Source: Mobula hypostoma (lineage: Eukaryota). Taken from it: DNA of 64,000 bases. Positions 49,440 to 63,124 of the stretch are shown here, in pieces. The stretch lies in NCBI RefSeq assembly GCF_963921235.1, contig NC_086108.1:110424001-110488000 (forward strand). The letters run 5' to 3'. The translations under genes and the position numbers were made by a program. Below the pieces are notes generated by a model. It did not search any database. It was not told the DNA's origin and saw only the letters and a program-made list of their open reading frames with translations. Within the stretch, counting starts at the first letter, position 1; each line of letters starts with the position of its first letter.

Positions 49440-49945
49440 TCAGGAAGACTAAAGAGCTGATTATGGATTTCAGGAAGGATAAGACGAGAGAGTACAAACC
49501 AATCCTCATAGAGGGATCAGAAGTGGAGAAAGAGAGCAAGTTCAAGTTCTTGCGTGTCAACATCTCTGAGGACCTGACCTGGTCCCAACATATCGACAGA
49601 AAGGCAGTGGCTATATTTCATTAGGAGTTCGAGCAGATTTGGTTTGTCAACTAAAACACTAGAAAACTTCTACAAATGTACCGTGAAGAGCGTTATGACT
49701 GGCTGCATCACTGTCTGCTATGTGGCAGCCACTGAACAAGATCGAAGTAAGTTGCAGAAACTCGAAAAAATTCGTCGGCCCTATTATGAGTCCTAGCTTG
49801 CGTAGTATCCAAGACACCTTCAAGGAGTGGTGCCTTAGGAAGGTAGCGTTCATTATTAAATACCCCCATCACCCAGGACATACCCTCTTCTCATTTCTAC
49901 CATCAGGAAGGAGGTACAGAAGCCTGAAGGCACACACTCAGTGAT
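49440..49945 (+). mobile_element. Rex1/Babar RT C-terminal fragment
   Basis: HHPGHTLFSFLPSGRRYRSLKAHTQ. Confidence 0.8.
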
Positions 49946-50484
49946 TTTTTTTATTAAGTGCAATCGTGAACAATAGCCAGATCAGAAATGCTGATCAAGT
50001 CAACTAGTTCCCAAAGAGACTCTGATAGGCCAGTCAGATGGTTCACTGCTGCTCAGCGATAGAACACAAAAAAAAATCCTATGTACAATTAAAAAATAGT
50101 AGAAATACTGGGGTCGTGATGATCATGATGAAGTCTGCTGGAGAGAGACATTTATACACATGCTGTCCTCCATAATTCAAAGAGATTGAAGGATAAGGTT
50201 GCAGGGTGACAACACGTGGCAGGAGCACTTGGAACTAAAAACCAATCCCTACTGGGAGAAAACAGCTTCAGGAACAGCTTCTTCCCCTCTGCCATCCAAT
50301 TTCTAAATGAAGACCACCTCAATACATTTTTATTTGGGTTCTTTTGCATGACTTATTCTAACTTAACTAGTTAATAGACATATGTATATATATTTACTGT
50401 AATTCAGTTTTTTCCTTTTATTTATTTATCACATATTTTATTGTACTGCTACATAAAGATAACAAATTTCACGATATGTGCCAA

Positions 50485-51750
50485 TGATATTAGACCTGAT
50501 CCTGATTTTGATTGTCTGTCCATAAAGTGACGCTAGACACAGGAGTGTCTGTACATAAGGTGACCCTAACAGGAAATGATAAAGTAGTGGTGTTGGGGTG
50601 TGGAGGGGTGAGTTAGTGATGAAGGTGTTAATCAGCCTTATTGCTTGGGGAAAGTAACTGTTTTTGTACCTGGTGGTCCTGGTGTGGATGCTCTGTAGCC
50701 TGCTCCCTGATGGGAGTGGGACAAACAGTCCATGAGCGGGGTGGGTGGGATCCTTCATGATGTAACTGGCACATTTCCGGCATAGAAACATAGAAATCTA
50801 CAGCACATTACAGGCCCTTCGGCCCACAATGTTGTGCCGACCTAATCTAGAAACTGCCTAGCATTTCCCTACCACATAGCCCTCCATTTTTCTAAGCTCC
50901 ATGTACCTATCTAAGAGTCTCTTAAAAGACCCTATTGTATCCACTTTTTGAATACACCGTACGTCCTTGATGGAAGGTCGGCTGGGTCTGGTGATCTGTT
51001 GGGCAGCTTTGACTACCCGTCAGCCATAGTGCAGTTTCTGAATGATGCAGCCTGTGAGGGTTCTCTGTACTGTGCATCTATAGAATGACGTGAGTATAGA
51101 CGTGGCTAGTCCAGCTGTCTTCAGCCTCCTCAGAAGGTAGAGGTGTTGGTGAACTTTCCTGATGTGTAGGATGTGTGAGACGTGCACTCGCAGGAGTTTG
51201 AAATGGCCCACAGTTTCCGCTGCTGTGCCGCTGATGTAACGTGGGGTCTGAGTGGTGGGAGTTGTCCTGAAGTCGATAACCACCTCCTTTATCTTGTTGA
51301 CATTGAGGAAGAGGGTAGTTGCCTGGCACTGGGGCTTGAGCTCTTCTGCCCCCTCACTGTAGGCTGTCACATTGCTGTTGAAGAGCCCCACCAGTGTTGT
51401 GACATTGGTGAGCCTGACAGCGTGATTTCTCGGGTGTTTGTCCATGCAGTCATGTGTGAGCAGAGTGTACAGCAGTGGGCTCAGCACACAGCCCTGGGGG
51501 ACACCATGCTGAGGATGATCGGTAGGGAGGAGCGGTCGTGCATCCTGACTGTCTGAGGTCTGTTGGTTGGAAGACCAACACCCAGTTACACAGTGATGTA
51601 TTTGGGCTGAGGAGTGGGTCTGCGAGACAATAGTGTTGAATGCTGAACTAACATCTAGAAACAGCATTCTGACATAAGTGTCCTTGTTGTCTACATGTGT
51701 CAGGGCCAGGTACATGGCAGATGCTATAGCATCTGTCGTCGAGTGATTCT
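50485..51750 (-). mobile_element. Decayed Rex1/Babar LINE, with a CR1 tail inserted at about 50780-50945
   Basis: [44 protein letters not shown]. Confidence 0.82.
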
Positions 51751-52251
51751 GTCGGCAAGCATATTGGCAGGAATGGAGTTTTTGATACGTGCATTACTTC
51801 TGCACACCACTGTTGTAACATGTGTTTATTTGAGTTACTGTCACCTTCCTGTCAGCTTGAACCAGTCTGGCCATTCTCCTCTGACCTCTCAGCAACAAGG
51901 TGTTTTCACCCACAGTACTGCTGCTCACTAAATGTTTTTTACACCATTTTCTGTAAACTCTAGAGAATATTGTGCATTAAAATCCCAGGAGATTAGCAGT
52001 CTCTGAGACACTCAATCCACTGTCTAGCATCAACAATCATTCCACAGGCAAAGTCACTTAGATCACATTTCTTCCTCATTCTGATGCTTGGTCTGAACAA
52101 CAACTGAACCTCTTGACCATGTCTGCATGCTTTTATGCATTGAGTTGCTGCCACATGATTGGCTGATTAGATATGTACATTAATGAGCAGGTGTACAGCT
52201 GTACCTAATAAAGTGGCCAGTGTGTATGCTATAATAATTACTGTAAATCAG

Positions 52252-52426
52252 TAGATAGATGGATAGATAGATAGTTAGAAAGAAAGATAAATAGATAGAT
52301 AGTTGGATGGATAGATAGACAGATAGATGGATGGATGGATAGAGGGATGGATAGATGGATGGATGGATGGATAGATAGATAGATGGCTGGATAGATAGAT
52401 AGATAGACAGATAGATAGATGGATAG
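52252..52426 (+). repeat. (GATA/GGAT)n compound microsatellite abutting a CR1 tail
   Basis: Direct reading. Confidence 0.95.
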
Positions 52427-53582
52427 AAACGTAGAAAGCCTACAGCACAATACAGGCCTTTGACCCACAAAGCTGTGCTGTACATGTCTCTACCTTAGAA
52501 CTACCTAGGCTTTACCCAAAGGCTCCATGTGGCCATCCAGGAGTCTCTTAAAAGACCCTATCGTATCTGCCTCCACCACCGCTGCCGGCAGCCAATTCCA
52601 CGTACTCACCACTCTCTGCGTAAAAAACTTACCCCTGACATCTCCTCTGTACCTACTTCCAAGCACCTTAAATCTATGCCCTCTCATGTTAGCCATTTCA
52701 GCCTTGGGGAAAAGCCTCTGACTATCCACATGATCAATGCCTCTTATCATCTTATACACCTCTATCAGGTCACCTCTCATCCTCCGTTGCTCCAAGGAGA
52801 AAAGGCCGAGTTCGCTCAACCTATTCTCATAAGGCATGCTCCCCAATCCAGGCAACATCCTTGTAAATCTCCTCTGCACCCTTTCTATGGTTTCCACGCC
52901 CTTCCTGTAGTGAGGCGACCAGAATTGAGCACAGTACTCCAAGCAGGGTCTGACCAGGGTCCTATACAGCTGCAACATTACCCCTCGGCTCCTAAACTCA
53001 ATCCCACGATTGATGAAGGCCAATGCACCGTATGCCTTCTTAACCACAGAGTCAACCTGCGCAGCAGCTTTGAGTGTCCGATGGACTCGACCCCAAGATC
53101 CCTCTGATCCTCCACACTGCCAAGAGTCTTACCATTAATACTATATTCTGCCATCATATTTGACCTACCAAAATGAACCATCTCACACTTACTTGGGTTG
53201 AACTCCATCTGCCACTTCTCAGCCCAGTTTTACATTCTATCAATGTCCCGTTGTAACCTCTGACAGCCCTCCACACTATCCACAACACCCCCAACTTTTG
53301 TGTCATCAGCAAATTTACGAACCCATCCCTCCACTTCCTCATCCAGATCATTTATAAAAATCACAAAGACTAGGGGTCCCAGAACAGATCCCTGAGGCAC
53401 ACCACTGGTCACCGGCCTCCATGCAGAATATGACCCGTCTTCAACCACTCTTTGCCTTCTGTGGGCAAGTCACTTCTGGATCCACAAAGCAATGTCCTCT
53501 TGGATCCCATGCCTCCTTACTTTCTCAATAAGCCTTGCATGGGTACCTTGTCAAATGCCTTGCTGAAATCTATATACACTAC

Positions 53583-53583
<1 letters not shown>
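52423..53583 (-). mobile_element. CR1 RT C-half and 3' end
   Basis: [10 protein letters not shown]...[25 protein letters not shown]. Confidence 0.9.
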
Positions 53584-53613
<30 letters not shown>

Positions 53614-56600
53614 GAAAGACAAATAAGAAATAGTGCATAAGAGGAATAGTGAGGTACCTTTCATGGGTTCACTGTGTATTCAGAAACCTGATGGCAGAGG
53701 GGAAGAAGCTGGCCCTAAACCCCCATTGGGGAAAAGACCATGTGACCATAAGTTATAGGAACAGAAATGGACCATTTGGCCCATTGAGTCTGCTCCGCTA
53801 TTTCCATCATGACTGATCTATTTTCCGTCTTACCCCCAATTTTATGCTTCCCCCCCCCATCCCTTCATGCCCTGACTAATCAAGGATCTATCAACCTCTG
53901 CCTTAAATATACCCAATTACTTGGTCTCCACAACTGCCTGTGGCAATGAATTCCACAGATTCATCATTCTCTTCCTAAAGAAATTCCTTCTCATCTCTAT
54001 TCTAAAAGGACGCCCCTCTGTTCTGAGGCTGTGTCCTCTGGTCCTAGACTCCCCTACCATAGGAAACCTCCTCTCCACACCTGCTCTATTGAGACTCTTT
54101 GATAGAAGGGAAGGTCTGTGGGAACATGGTCATGTCAATGGGTGTGCCCCCCCCACCCCCTCCTCCCACTTGCTCTCCTCAGCCCATCCTGCATGTGGCC
54201 AATGGGGGAGGGGTACATTTATAGACTGAGGCATTTGGAGCCTCATCCTTGGTGTTCACTGTGCAGTTGTTTCCCCTTTATTGTTCATCATTGTCTTTGT
54301 GCAAGGTAACCGCTGGGTAATTTAGATGACTGAATGGTTAGGCAGTCAACTGTGTCCTGCCTGTAGCTGAGAGCCTGCAAGTTCCCTCTTTCTCGAACAA
54401 TAAATGTTCCTTTCCTGGGACAGGCAGGACAAGTCAAGGATTCTACATTGCTAGTCTCTCTGGGATCTGATGGACTTTATTAGGCCCAAGGCTAATACCA
54501 GCTTGTTTCTCCCTGTAACTCTCAAATGACATTGGACGCTGGAAGAACAACAACAGGGAGGAATCAGAAAGGGACTGCTTTAGTTTTAAAATTCAGGTGT
54601 TCTGCAGCAGAGACTGAGGATTTAAAGGATCTGTCCCAGCCCCCACACCTTGATGCAATCACAAAGAGCCAAGCCACCAGCTCTGCTCTGTTTGGAATTT
54701 GAGGAGATTCAGTTTATCACCAAAGCCTCTTGCAAATTTCTGTAAGTATTTGGTGGAGAGCATTTGGACTGATTACACCATGGCCTGGTATGGAGACTGG
54801 ATCCACAGGACTGAAAGGGGCTTCAAAGGGTTGGAAACTCAGCCAGCTGATATCGTGGGCACCACTATCGAGAACATCTTCAAGGGGCGGTGAGTCCATC
54901 ACTAACTGGGACAAGTCACTTCTCATTATTACCATCGTGGAGGAGGTGCAGGAGCATGAAAAGACATAGTAAGACTATTCTTGACTCCAATAACTACGTG
55001 TACGGCAGGTCCTTCGCGTCAGTGATCTGCTCAATGTTTGGAGTAGCCAGTCGGGGTGTCAAAAGAGGGGGCCGGCGGTTCAGAGAAGGTGAATTGGGCC
55101 GGGGAGGGCAAGTCAGGCTGTCGGACTGCAGGAGATGCCGGATTGGGTTCGGAAGAGCTGACCTGGGTGGAGACCATGCTGCTGCCTTCTACTCGGGGCA
55201 CTCGAGTTGGCACAAAGGCAGTGTGCAGTGAAACCACGAGTCTTTTGGATGGTTCTTTTGCGATCGTAAGGCCCTGTTGGACATTGATTGCCGCAGGCCT
55301 GGTGGAAAGACACAGTGCCACCTTGGTTGTAGCGATGACTAGGCCACAACCCTTGGGCTTGCATTGTTGCATGGCGACCAGGCTCAGTTAGGGGTGGCCG
55401 CTCATGTTGGTGCTGCCCTCCAGTGGCTGATCAGTGGAATTACAGGCTGGTCTGCTGGGAACCATCAATTTGTGGGACTTGTCACTCAGGGTTCTGACTA
55501 AAAATGTGTTTTCGCATGTGACTATGTTCCTTTTTTTTGCTTTTCTCATTATTTCGAATGCGCATGTGTGTTTTTGCATCTTGGCCCCAGAGGAACACTG
55601 TCTCATCTGGCTGTATCCAAGTCTGGTTTGAATGACAATTAAACTTGATTTGACTTGGAACTGATTTGAAAAAATCTACGCTGAAAGACTCAGGAACTGC
55701 AAATGCTGGAAGTCCAGAGCAGCACTCGCAAAATACTGGAGGAACTTGGCAGGCCAGGCAGCATCTACGGAGGGAAATAAACAGCTGGCGTTTTAGGCCA
55801 AGGCTTCTTGTCCTGAAAAATGGACAAGATTGGTACTGGTATTGGAATTGGTTCAGTTTTGTCACATGTACCAAGATACAGTGAAAAGCTTGTCTTACAT
55901 ACAGTTCATACAGACCAAATCATTACACAGTACATTGAGGTAGAAAAAGGTAAAACAATAACAATGTAGAATAAAGTGCAACAGCTACAGGAAACGAGCC
56001 TTTGAAGATAGACAATAAGGTGCAAGATCATAACGAGGTAGATAGTGTGGGCAAGAGTCCAGCTTATTGTACCAGTGTACATTCAATGGTCTTCTAACAA
56101 TGAGATAGAAACTGTCCTTCAGCCTGGTGGTGCGTGCTATCAGGCTTTCGTATCTTCTGCCTGATGGGGGGGTGGGGGGAGAAGAGAGAATGTCTGGGGT
56201 GGGCGGGATGTCTTTGATTGTGCTGGCTGCTTTACTGAGGCAGTGAGAAGTGTAGACAGAGTCTGTGGAGGGGAGGCTAGGTTCTGTGATGTGCTGAATG
56301 TGTCCACAACCTTCTGCAGTTTCTTTTGGTTGTGGGCAGAGCAGTTACCACGCCAAGCTGTCATGCATCTCGACAGGATGCTTTCTGTGGTGCGTCGATA
56401 AGAACTGGTAAGAGTGAATGGAGGTGTCCCAAATTTCTTTTGTGTCCTGGGGAAGTAGAGGCTTTGGTAAGGTTTCTTATCTATGACATCAATGTGGTTG
56501 GACTAGGTCAGGCTACTGGTGAACTTGAAGCTTTGACCCCTCTGAACCTCAACACCGCTGATGTAGACAGGAGCATGAGCACTGTTCCTTCTACCAGAGC

Positions 56601-56715
56601 TTTTTTGTTGACATTGAAATACTGCCTGTGCTCCTCCAGTATTTTGTGTGCGTTGCTCAAGATTCCCAGCATCTGTAGAATTTCTTGTGTTTGTAGTCAA
56701 ATACCCAAAATCTTT

Positions 56716-56852
56716 GGGTCCTGGGTCCTGACGAAGGGTCCCGGCCCGAAACGTCGACTGATCTTTTCCACGGATGCTGCCCGACCTGCTGAGTTCCTCC
56801 AGCGTGTTGTGAGTGTTGCTTTGACCCCAGCATCTGCAGATTATTTTGTGTT
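56716..56852 (+). mobile_element. 137-bp Penelope-derived mini-element carrying a hammerhead
   Basis: Flanked by CCCAAAATCTTT at 56704-56715 and 56853-56864. Confidence 0.85.
56724..56759 (+). ncRNA. Minimal type I hammerhead ribozyme motif, intact core
   Basis: GGUC-CUGACGA-A-GGGU(CCCG)GCCC-GAAA-C-GUC^-GACU. Confidence 0.78.
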
Positions 56853-57327
56853 CCCAAAATCTTTCCCATTTATTGATAGGGCTGGGTGTTCCTAGCAATA
56901 CCGGCATTTCTGACCCACCCTCTCATTCTCCTGAGAAGCTGGTGGTAAGCTTCTCAGGGGAAATATGCACGGTGGTTTGCTTGTTGGACTAGTATTTGGA
57001 CTCAGTGACTCCAACACTGCTGAACTGATTCTACAACCTCTAGTCTCATTTTAATTATTTATTTATTGAGGTGCAGCACAGTACAGTCCCTTCCGGCCAA
57101 GCAGCAAACCCTGATTTAAACCTGGTCTAATCACAGGGCAATTTACAATGACCAGTCAACCTACCAACCAGTACATCTCTTTGGAATGTGTGAGGAAACC
57201 AGAGCACCCGGAGGAAATTTACGCATTCTCAGTGAGAACGTACAAAGTCCTTACGCACAGCAGGGGGAGACTTTAAAGACCCTACAAGCTGTCACAGGAC
57301 AGCAGTATCCATCATCGGGGAACCCTG

Positions 57328-57900
57328 CCACCAGGTTCAGGAACAGTTGCTACCCCTCAACCATCAGGCTCTTGAACCAAAGGAGATACTGTAGCTTCAC
57401 TTGCCCCATCATTGAAATGTTTCCATAACCTATGGACTCACTTTCAAGGACACTTCGCCTCATGTTCTCAATATTTATTGCTTATTTATTATTATCATTA
57501 TTATTTCCCTTTTCTCTTTTGTATTTACACAGTTGTTTGTCTTTTGCACATTGATTGTCCGTCCTATTTGTATGGTCTTTCATTAGTTCTACTGTGGTTC
57601 ATGGAGTTACTGTGAATGTCTGTAAGAAAATGAATCTCAGGGCTGTAAATGGTGACATATGTGTACTTTGATAATCAACTTACTTTGAACTTTGTACTTT
57701 TTTCTTTTCTTTTTGTATTTGCACAGTTTTTTGTCTTTTGCGTATTTGTTGTTTGTCCGTCTCTGTCGTGACTGGCTTTTCATTGATCCCATTGTGTTTC
57801 TTCCTATCTAATCTGAATGCCTGCAAGAAAATCTCAGGGCAGTGTATGATGACATATATGCACTTTGATAATAAATTGACTTTGAACTTTGAACTCTGAA
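57328..57900 (+). mobile_element. Two tandem Rex1/Babar-type 3' tails
   Basis: TRFRNSCYPSTIRLLN, then the UTR end with an actttga tail twice (about 57690 and 57890). Confidence 0.7.
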
Positions 57901-58234
57901 TTGACCCTATGCCATGAGTTCACTTTGCTGTCGGAGTTCTATGTTTTATGCCTTGCACGAATTTCATGGTGATAATAAACCTGATTCAATCTGTTCCAAT
58001 TGCTTCCCCACTTGTAATGTAAGGTAAATTGGTACATAGGGAAAATAGTACATTGGTTTACTATCGTCACGTAGAACATAGAACATTTACAGTACAGGCC
58101 CTTCATCCACAATGTTATGCCAACATTTTAAAGCACTCAAAGATCAATCTAACTCCTACATAATCCTCCATTTTTCTATCATCCATGTGCCTATCTAAGA
58201 GTCTCTAAATGTTCCTAATGTATCTGCCTCCCCT

Positions 58235-59910
58235 CAGCAACAAGTATACCTCTTTGGATACTGCTGGAGGGGTGACCCATCAGATCACGGCAGCAGCGGC
58301 CAGGCTGGTGGCACTGGGGCTCAGCGGGGAAGGGTAAAGTCGGGCAATGCAGTAGTTAGGGGGGCAGAAAGGAGATTCTGTGGCCGCAAGAGAGACTCCA
58401 CAATAATGTTTTACTTCCCTGGTGCTAGGGCCCAGGATGTATCAGAGTGGCTGCAAGATAGTACTGGGGTGGTGGTGGCCATTCTGTTAGTAAGAGATGG
58501 AATAGCATCTTTAGAAAGAGGTGACATAGGGTCAGAGAATGTTGAATCTTTGTGAGTGCAGTTAAGAAACTGCAACGGTACAAAGGGAGCTGGAAAAGGC
58601 AAGTAACAAGGGTAATGTCACAATTGTAATGGGGACTTCAATCTGCAAGTGGATTGGGAAAATTAGGTTGGTGTTGGATCACAAGAGAGGGAAATTGCTG
58701 AATGCCAATGAGATGGCTTTTTAGAGCAGCTTGTGCATGAGCCTACTGGAGGAAAGGCTGTCTTAGATTGGGTGTTGTGTAATAACTTAGACCTTATTAG
58801 GGAGCTTAATGTAAAGGAACCCTTAGGAGGCAGTGATCATAATATGATTGAATTCATACTGCAATTTGAGAGGGAGAAGTATAAGTCACATGTATCAGTA
58901 TCGCAATGGAATAAAGGGAATTACAGAGGCATGAGAGAGGAGCTTGACCAGATGGATTGGAGGAGGATACTGGCAGGGATGACAGCAGAGCAAAGATGGC
59001 TGAAGTCTCTGGGAATAGTTCACAAGGCACATGATAGATATGTCCCACAGAATAAGTTCTCAAATGGCAGGGGGATAGAAAATAAAAACAAGGAGATAAT
59101 GCTGAGCCTTTATAAGACACTAGTCTGGCCACACTTAGAACATAGAAATCTACAGCACCTTACAGGCCCTTCGGTCCACAATGTTGTGCTGCCCATGAAA
59201 CCTACTTTAGAAACCGTCCAGAATTTCCCTGTCGCATAGCCCTCTATTTTTCTAAGCTCCTTGTACCTATCTAAGAATATCTTAAAAGACCCTGTTGTAT
59301 CCACCTCTACCATTGTTGGTGGCAGTGCCTTCCACACACTCTCTGTGTGAAAAGTGCACTCTCTGCACTTAGAGTGTTGTCAACAGTTTTGGGCCCCGCA
59401 TCTCAGAAAGGATGTGTTGTCATTGGAGAGTCCAGAGGAGGTTCACGAGGATGATTCCGGGAATGAAGGGGTTAACATCCAAGGATCCTTTGGCAGCTTT
59501 GGGCCTGTACTCTCTGGAATTTAGAAGAATGCATGGGGATCTCACTGAGACCTACCAAATGTTGAAAGGACTAGGTAGCGTGGACGTGGAGAAAATGTTT
59601 CCTCTGGTGAGAGTATCCAGAACTAGAGGGCACAGCCTCAAAATTGAGGGGTGACTCTTTAAGAGCAGAGGTAAGGAGGAATTTTTTTAGCCAGTGAGTA
59701 GTGAATCTGGAATGCTCTGCCACAGACTGCGGCGGAGGCCAAGTCCGTGCGTATATTTAAGGCGGAAGTTGATAGTTTCCTGATCAGTCAGAGCATCAAA
59801 GGATGTGGCGAGAAGGCAGGTGCATGGGGTTGAGTGGGATTCCGGGATCGGTCATGATAGAGCAGACTCGATGGGCTGAATGGCCTAATTCTGCTCCTCT
59901 GGCTTATGGT
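58235..59910 (+). mobile_element. Internally deleted CR1 (ORF1 piece, APE piece, 3' end), with an inverted CR1 tail inserted at about 59136-59345
   Basis: EPLGGSDHNMIEF; RRFTRMIPGMKGL; RTRGHSLKIEG. Confidence 0.8.
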
Positions 59911-60264
59911 TTTATATTCTCAAGCGGGGGGGCGGGGGGGGGGTGGAACAGCCAGAGGTCATGGCGCATATTGGCTCCAAAGATATAGGCAGAAAAGGGG
60001 GAGAGATCCTACGAGTGAGTATATGGCGTTAGGAAAGGGGCTGAAGAGAAGGATTTCCAAGGCATTAATCCTGGTGCTATGGGCTATGGCATTAAAAGGC
60101 AAAATAAAATCGCAGTTTTGTTGGGTTGGATAGTTTAGTGTGCATATTGTAATGCAAGGAGTAACATGAGTAAGGGCGCTGAACCGAGAGCACAGATCGG
60201 TGCACGGAAGTGTGGTGCTGGAGACACAATGAGGTAGGTGCTATCCATGATGGTGCACTGGTAA

Positions 60265-60858
60265 TTGGGCTATTTGCCATCACAGGCACTGACACCTGGA
60301 AATTCCACCATGCTGCTAGTGTCTTCCACCGTGAAGACTGATGCAAAATACTTATTCAGTTCATCCGCCATTTTGTTGTCCCGCATCACTACCTCTCCAG
60401 CATTGTTTCCCAGCGGTCCGATATCCACTCTCACCTCTCTTTTACACTCTATGTATCTGAAGAAACTTTTGGTATCCTCTTTAATATTATTGGCTAGCTT
60501 ACTTCCATTTTCCATCTTTACCTTCTTAATGACTTTTTTAGTTGCTTTCTGTTGGTTTTTATAAGCTTCCCAATCCTCCTACTTTCCACTAGTTTTTGCT
60601 CTATTATATACCTTCTCTTCGGCTTTTATGTTGGCTTTGACTTCTCTTGTTAGCCATGGTTGTGTCATCTTTCCTTTAGAATACTTCTTCCTCTTTGGGA
60701 TTTATATATCCTGTGCCTTCCAAATTGCTTCCAGAAATTCCAGCCATTGCTGCTCTGCTATCATCCCTGCCAGTGTTCTTTTCCAATCAATTCTGGCCAA
60801 CTCCTCTCTCATGCCTCTGTAATTCCCTTTACTCCACTGTAATACTGATACATCTGAC
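60265..60858 (-). mobile_element. CR1 ORF2 internal fragment
   Basis: KLANNIKEDTKSFFRY, MADELNKYFASVFT. Confidence 0.8.
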
Positions 60859-62094
60859 TGATAATAAGGTAGACTGCGAGGTCTCGAGTCCATCTTATTG
60901 TACAAGAGAGAAACAAATAGAGGGTCAGGTTAGATTGATCTCTGAGTAGGTTAGAAGGTCAACACAATATCATGGGCCAAAAGACCTGTACTGTGCTGTT
61001 GTAGGTTTTCGCAAATAACATGAGGCGAGGTATTTGAAGTTTAAGAAAACCATAACAACACATTTATTGAACTCCAAAACCTGAACAAAATGTGTGATAG
61101 AAGTACTCTAATGTAATTACGTCATCACATCAGATCAGCCTCTTAAAGTGAACCCCAACTCAATGTTGGTGGTTGCGAATTATGTACGTTTCCACCAACT
61201 ATATTACAGGCCTTCCCCCCCCGCCCACCCCCAGAATTTATGAAAACCGGCATTGTGAGCCTGTCTGGCTCAGGTCCTATGTTCCATGAGTGGAGGAACA
61301 GCAGGTACTTGACTCGTCCAGAGGTGTGTTGACAAGCTCATGGTCATGTTTTGATGGCAGGGGCATGGTAGTGGAATCCTCCAAATCTTGGTGAGCAGTT
61401 GTAAGGTGATCTACTGAAATACATTCAGGTTTACCTCTCTTATCTATGATAAAGGTCTTTTCTCTTCATTCCAAAATGCAGAACGGGCCATAAGGGGGGC
61501 TAAGGGAATGTTGGTGTGCATTATGGTGGACAAGAACAAACGAGGCGGAATATAGGTCGACAGGAACCTAAGAGTGCTGTAGGCCATAATAGAATAGGTG
61601 CAGAGGAATTGAATTTACTGAGGAGGGTGGAAAGGTGTTGACAGGCCAACCAGGTGGTTCCGAGCTACGTCTGCAGCTGTCGTCGATGCTAGAGGGGCGA
61701 CCTCTGGCCACCTGGAGGTGCGTGAAACCGCGAGGGGTGGGGGGAAGAGGACCAACAAGGTCCACATTGACACGGTCAAACTGTCGCTCAGGTAGCCAAT
61801 GGTGCCATGACCTTCCTAAGGCTGTGCCACACAAACTTTAGTGCAACCATTTTCTGTGAGGCCTTCCGGCCTGGATGCAAGCGGGCATGTATGGAGTCAC
61901 AAACAGTCCGCCTCCAGTTTGTGGGCACTGCGGGGCCAGGGCGACCGGTTGAGACATTGCACAGGAGAGAAAATCTAACTTCCCTGTGCTTAATATTCCC
62001 CGTGGTCATATTACGATCAAGGAATGTGTTTGTAGACCAGATATTGAACTTTTTACTGTTTTACTGTTGGACTTCGGCCATATTCCACCGTGAT

Positions 62095-62342
62095 ACAACA
62101 CTTGGCGGCACGGGAGGTCGTTCCTGCCTGTGGCCATCGAGCGTGCAGCTCCTCCCATGGAGGGTCAGACACCCTGAGTCAATAGACTGGTCCCGGACTT
62201 ATTTTCCATCTGGCATAGTTTGCATTTTGGTGTTTGATTGTTTGTGGTTTTCGTATTGCTATATTTATGCTCTATTCTTGGTTGATGCAGCTGTAATGAA
62301 ACCCAATTTCCCTGGGGATCAATAAAGTATATCTATCTATCT
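62095..62342 (+). mobile_element. Short Rex1/Babar-type 3' end inside the Gypsy element
   Basis: Shares its UTR with 63560-63760; (TATC)n tail. Confidence 0.7.
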
Positions 62343-63124
62343 AGCTCAATGTCAGCCAACTGCAGGCCAGTGACTGTGTGGTGAGCCTGCACCTCTGGGT
62401 CAGTAGCTTGGTCGGCTGTCATGCTGGCATAGTCAGCCCCCGTGGGTATGGCCTCACTGGCTGGCCGTGAGAGGTAATCAGCCATGGCATTGTTTCCCCC
62501 TTGATACGTTGTATATCAGTTGTGAGCTCCGACATGTAGGCCAGACGGCATTGCTGCTGTGCAGACCAGAGGTCTGATATTTTGGTCATCGCATGCACCT
62601 GGGGCTTGTGGTCAACAAACGCTGTGAAATGGCAGCCCTCTAGAATAAAATAAAAATGGTGGGCAGCCAGATGGAAATTGAGAAGCTCGTGGACAAACGC
62701 GCTGTACTGCCTTTCCGGGGGACGGAGCTGACTGGTGAAGCAGGCGAGCAGGTGCCACTTGCCGCTGACATGCATAGCACCCACAGAGTAGTCTGAAGTG
62801 TCAGGGGTGATGGCTATAGGTGTACTGGGGAGCAGGTGCACCATTGGGTCATGTTGGAAAGAGCTTGTCTGGTGTCATCAAATGCCCCGGTCATGTACAC
62901 TGACCAGTCAAGCCTGTGATTAGGAGTATTGCCTTTAAGCGCTTTATACAAGGGAGCTTAAGTTCAGCAGCTTGCGGAATGAAGCGGTGAGAGAAATTCA
63001 CCATGCCGAAAAGCCCCCTTAGTTTTTTAGTAGTGCAGGGTGGTGGGAAATCCATGACAGCGGCTACTTTTGTTGGGAGGGGTTGCACACCTTCTGCAGA
63101 GATGCGATGGCTGAGAAAGTGCAC

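Larger units (their letters stand above)
49137..52224. mobile_element. Tc1/mariner-derived non-autonomous DNA element, in two pieces (49137-49270 and 51790-52224)
   Basis: Inverted termini related to CACTCASTGGCCACTTTATTAGGTAC, each flanked by TA (49135-49136 and 52225-52226). Confidence 0.7.

Noticed and set aside
52180..52485. Hydrophobic (SIYL)n ORFs
   Set aside because: Translation of the (GATA/GGAT)n microsatellite.
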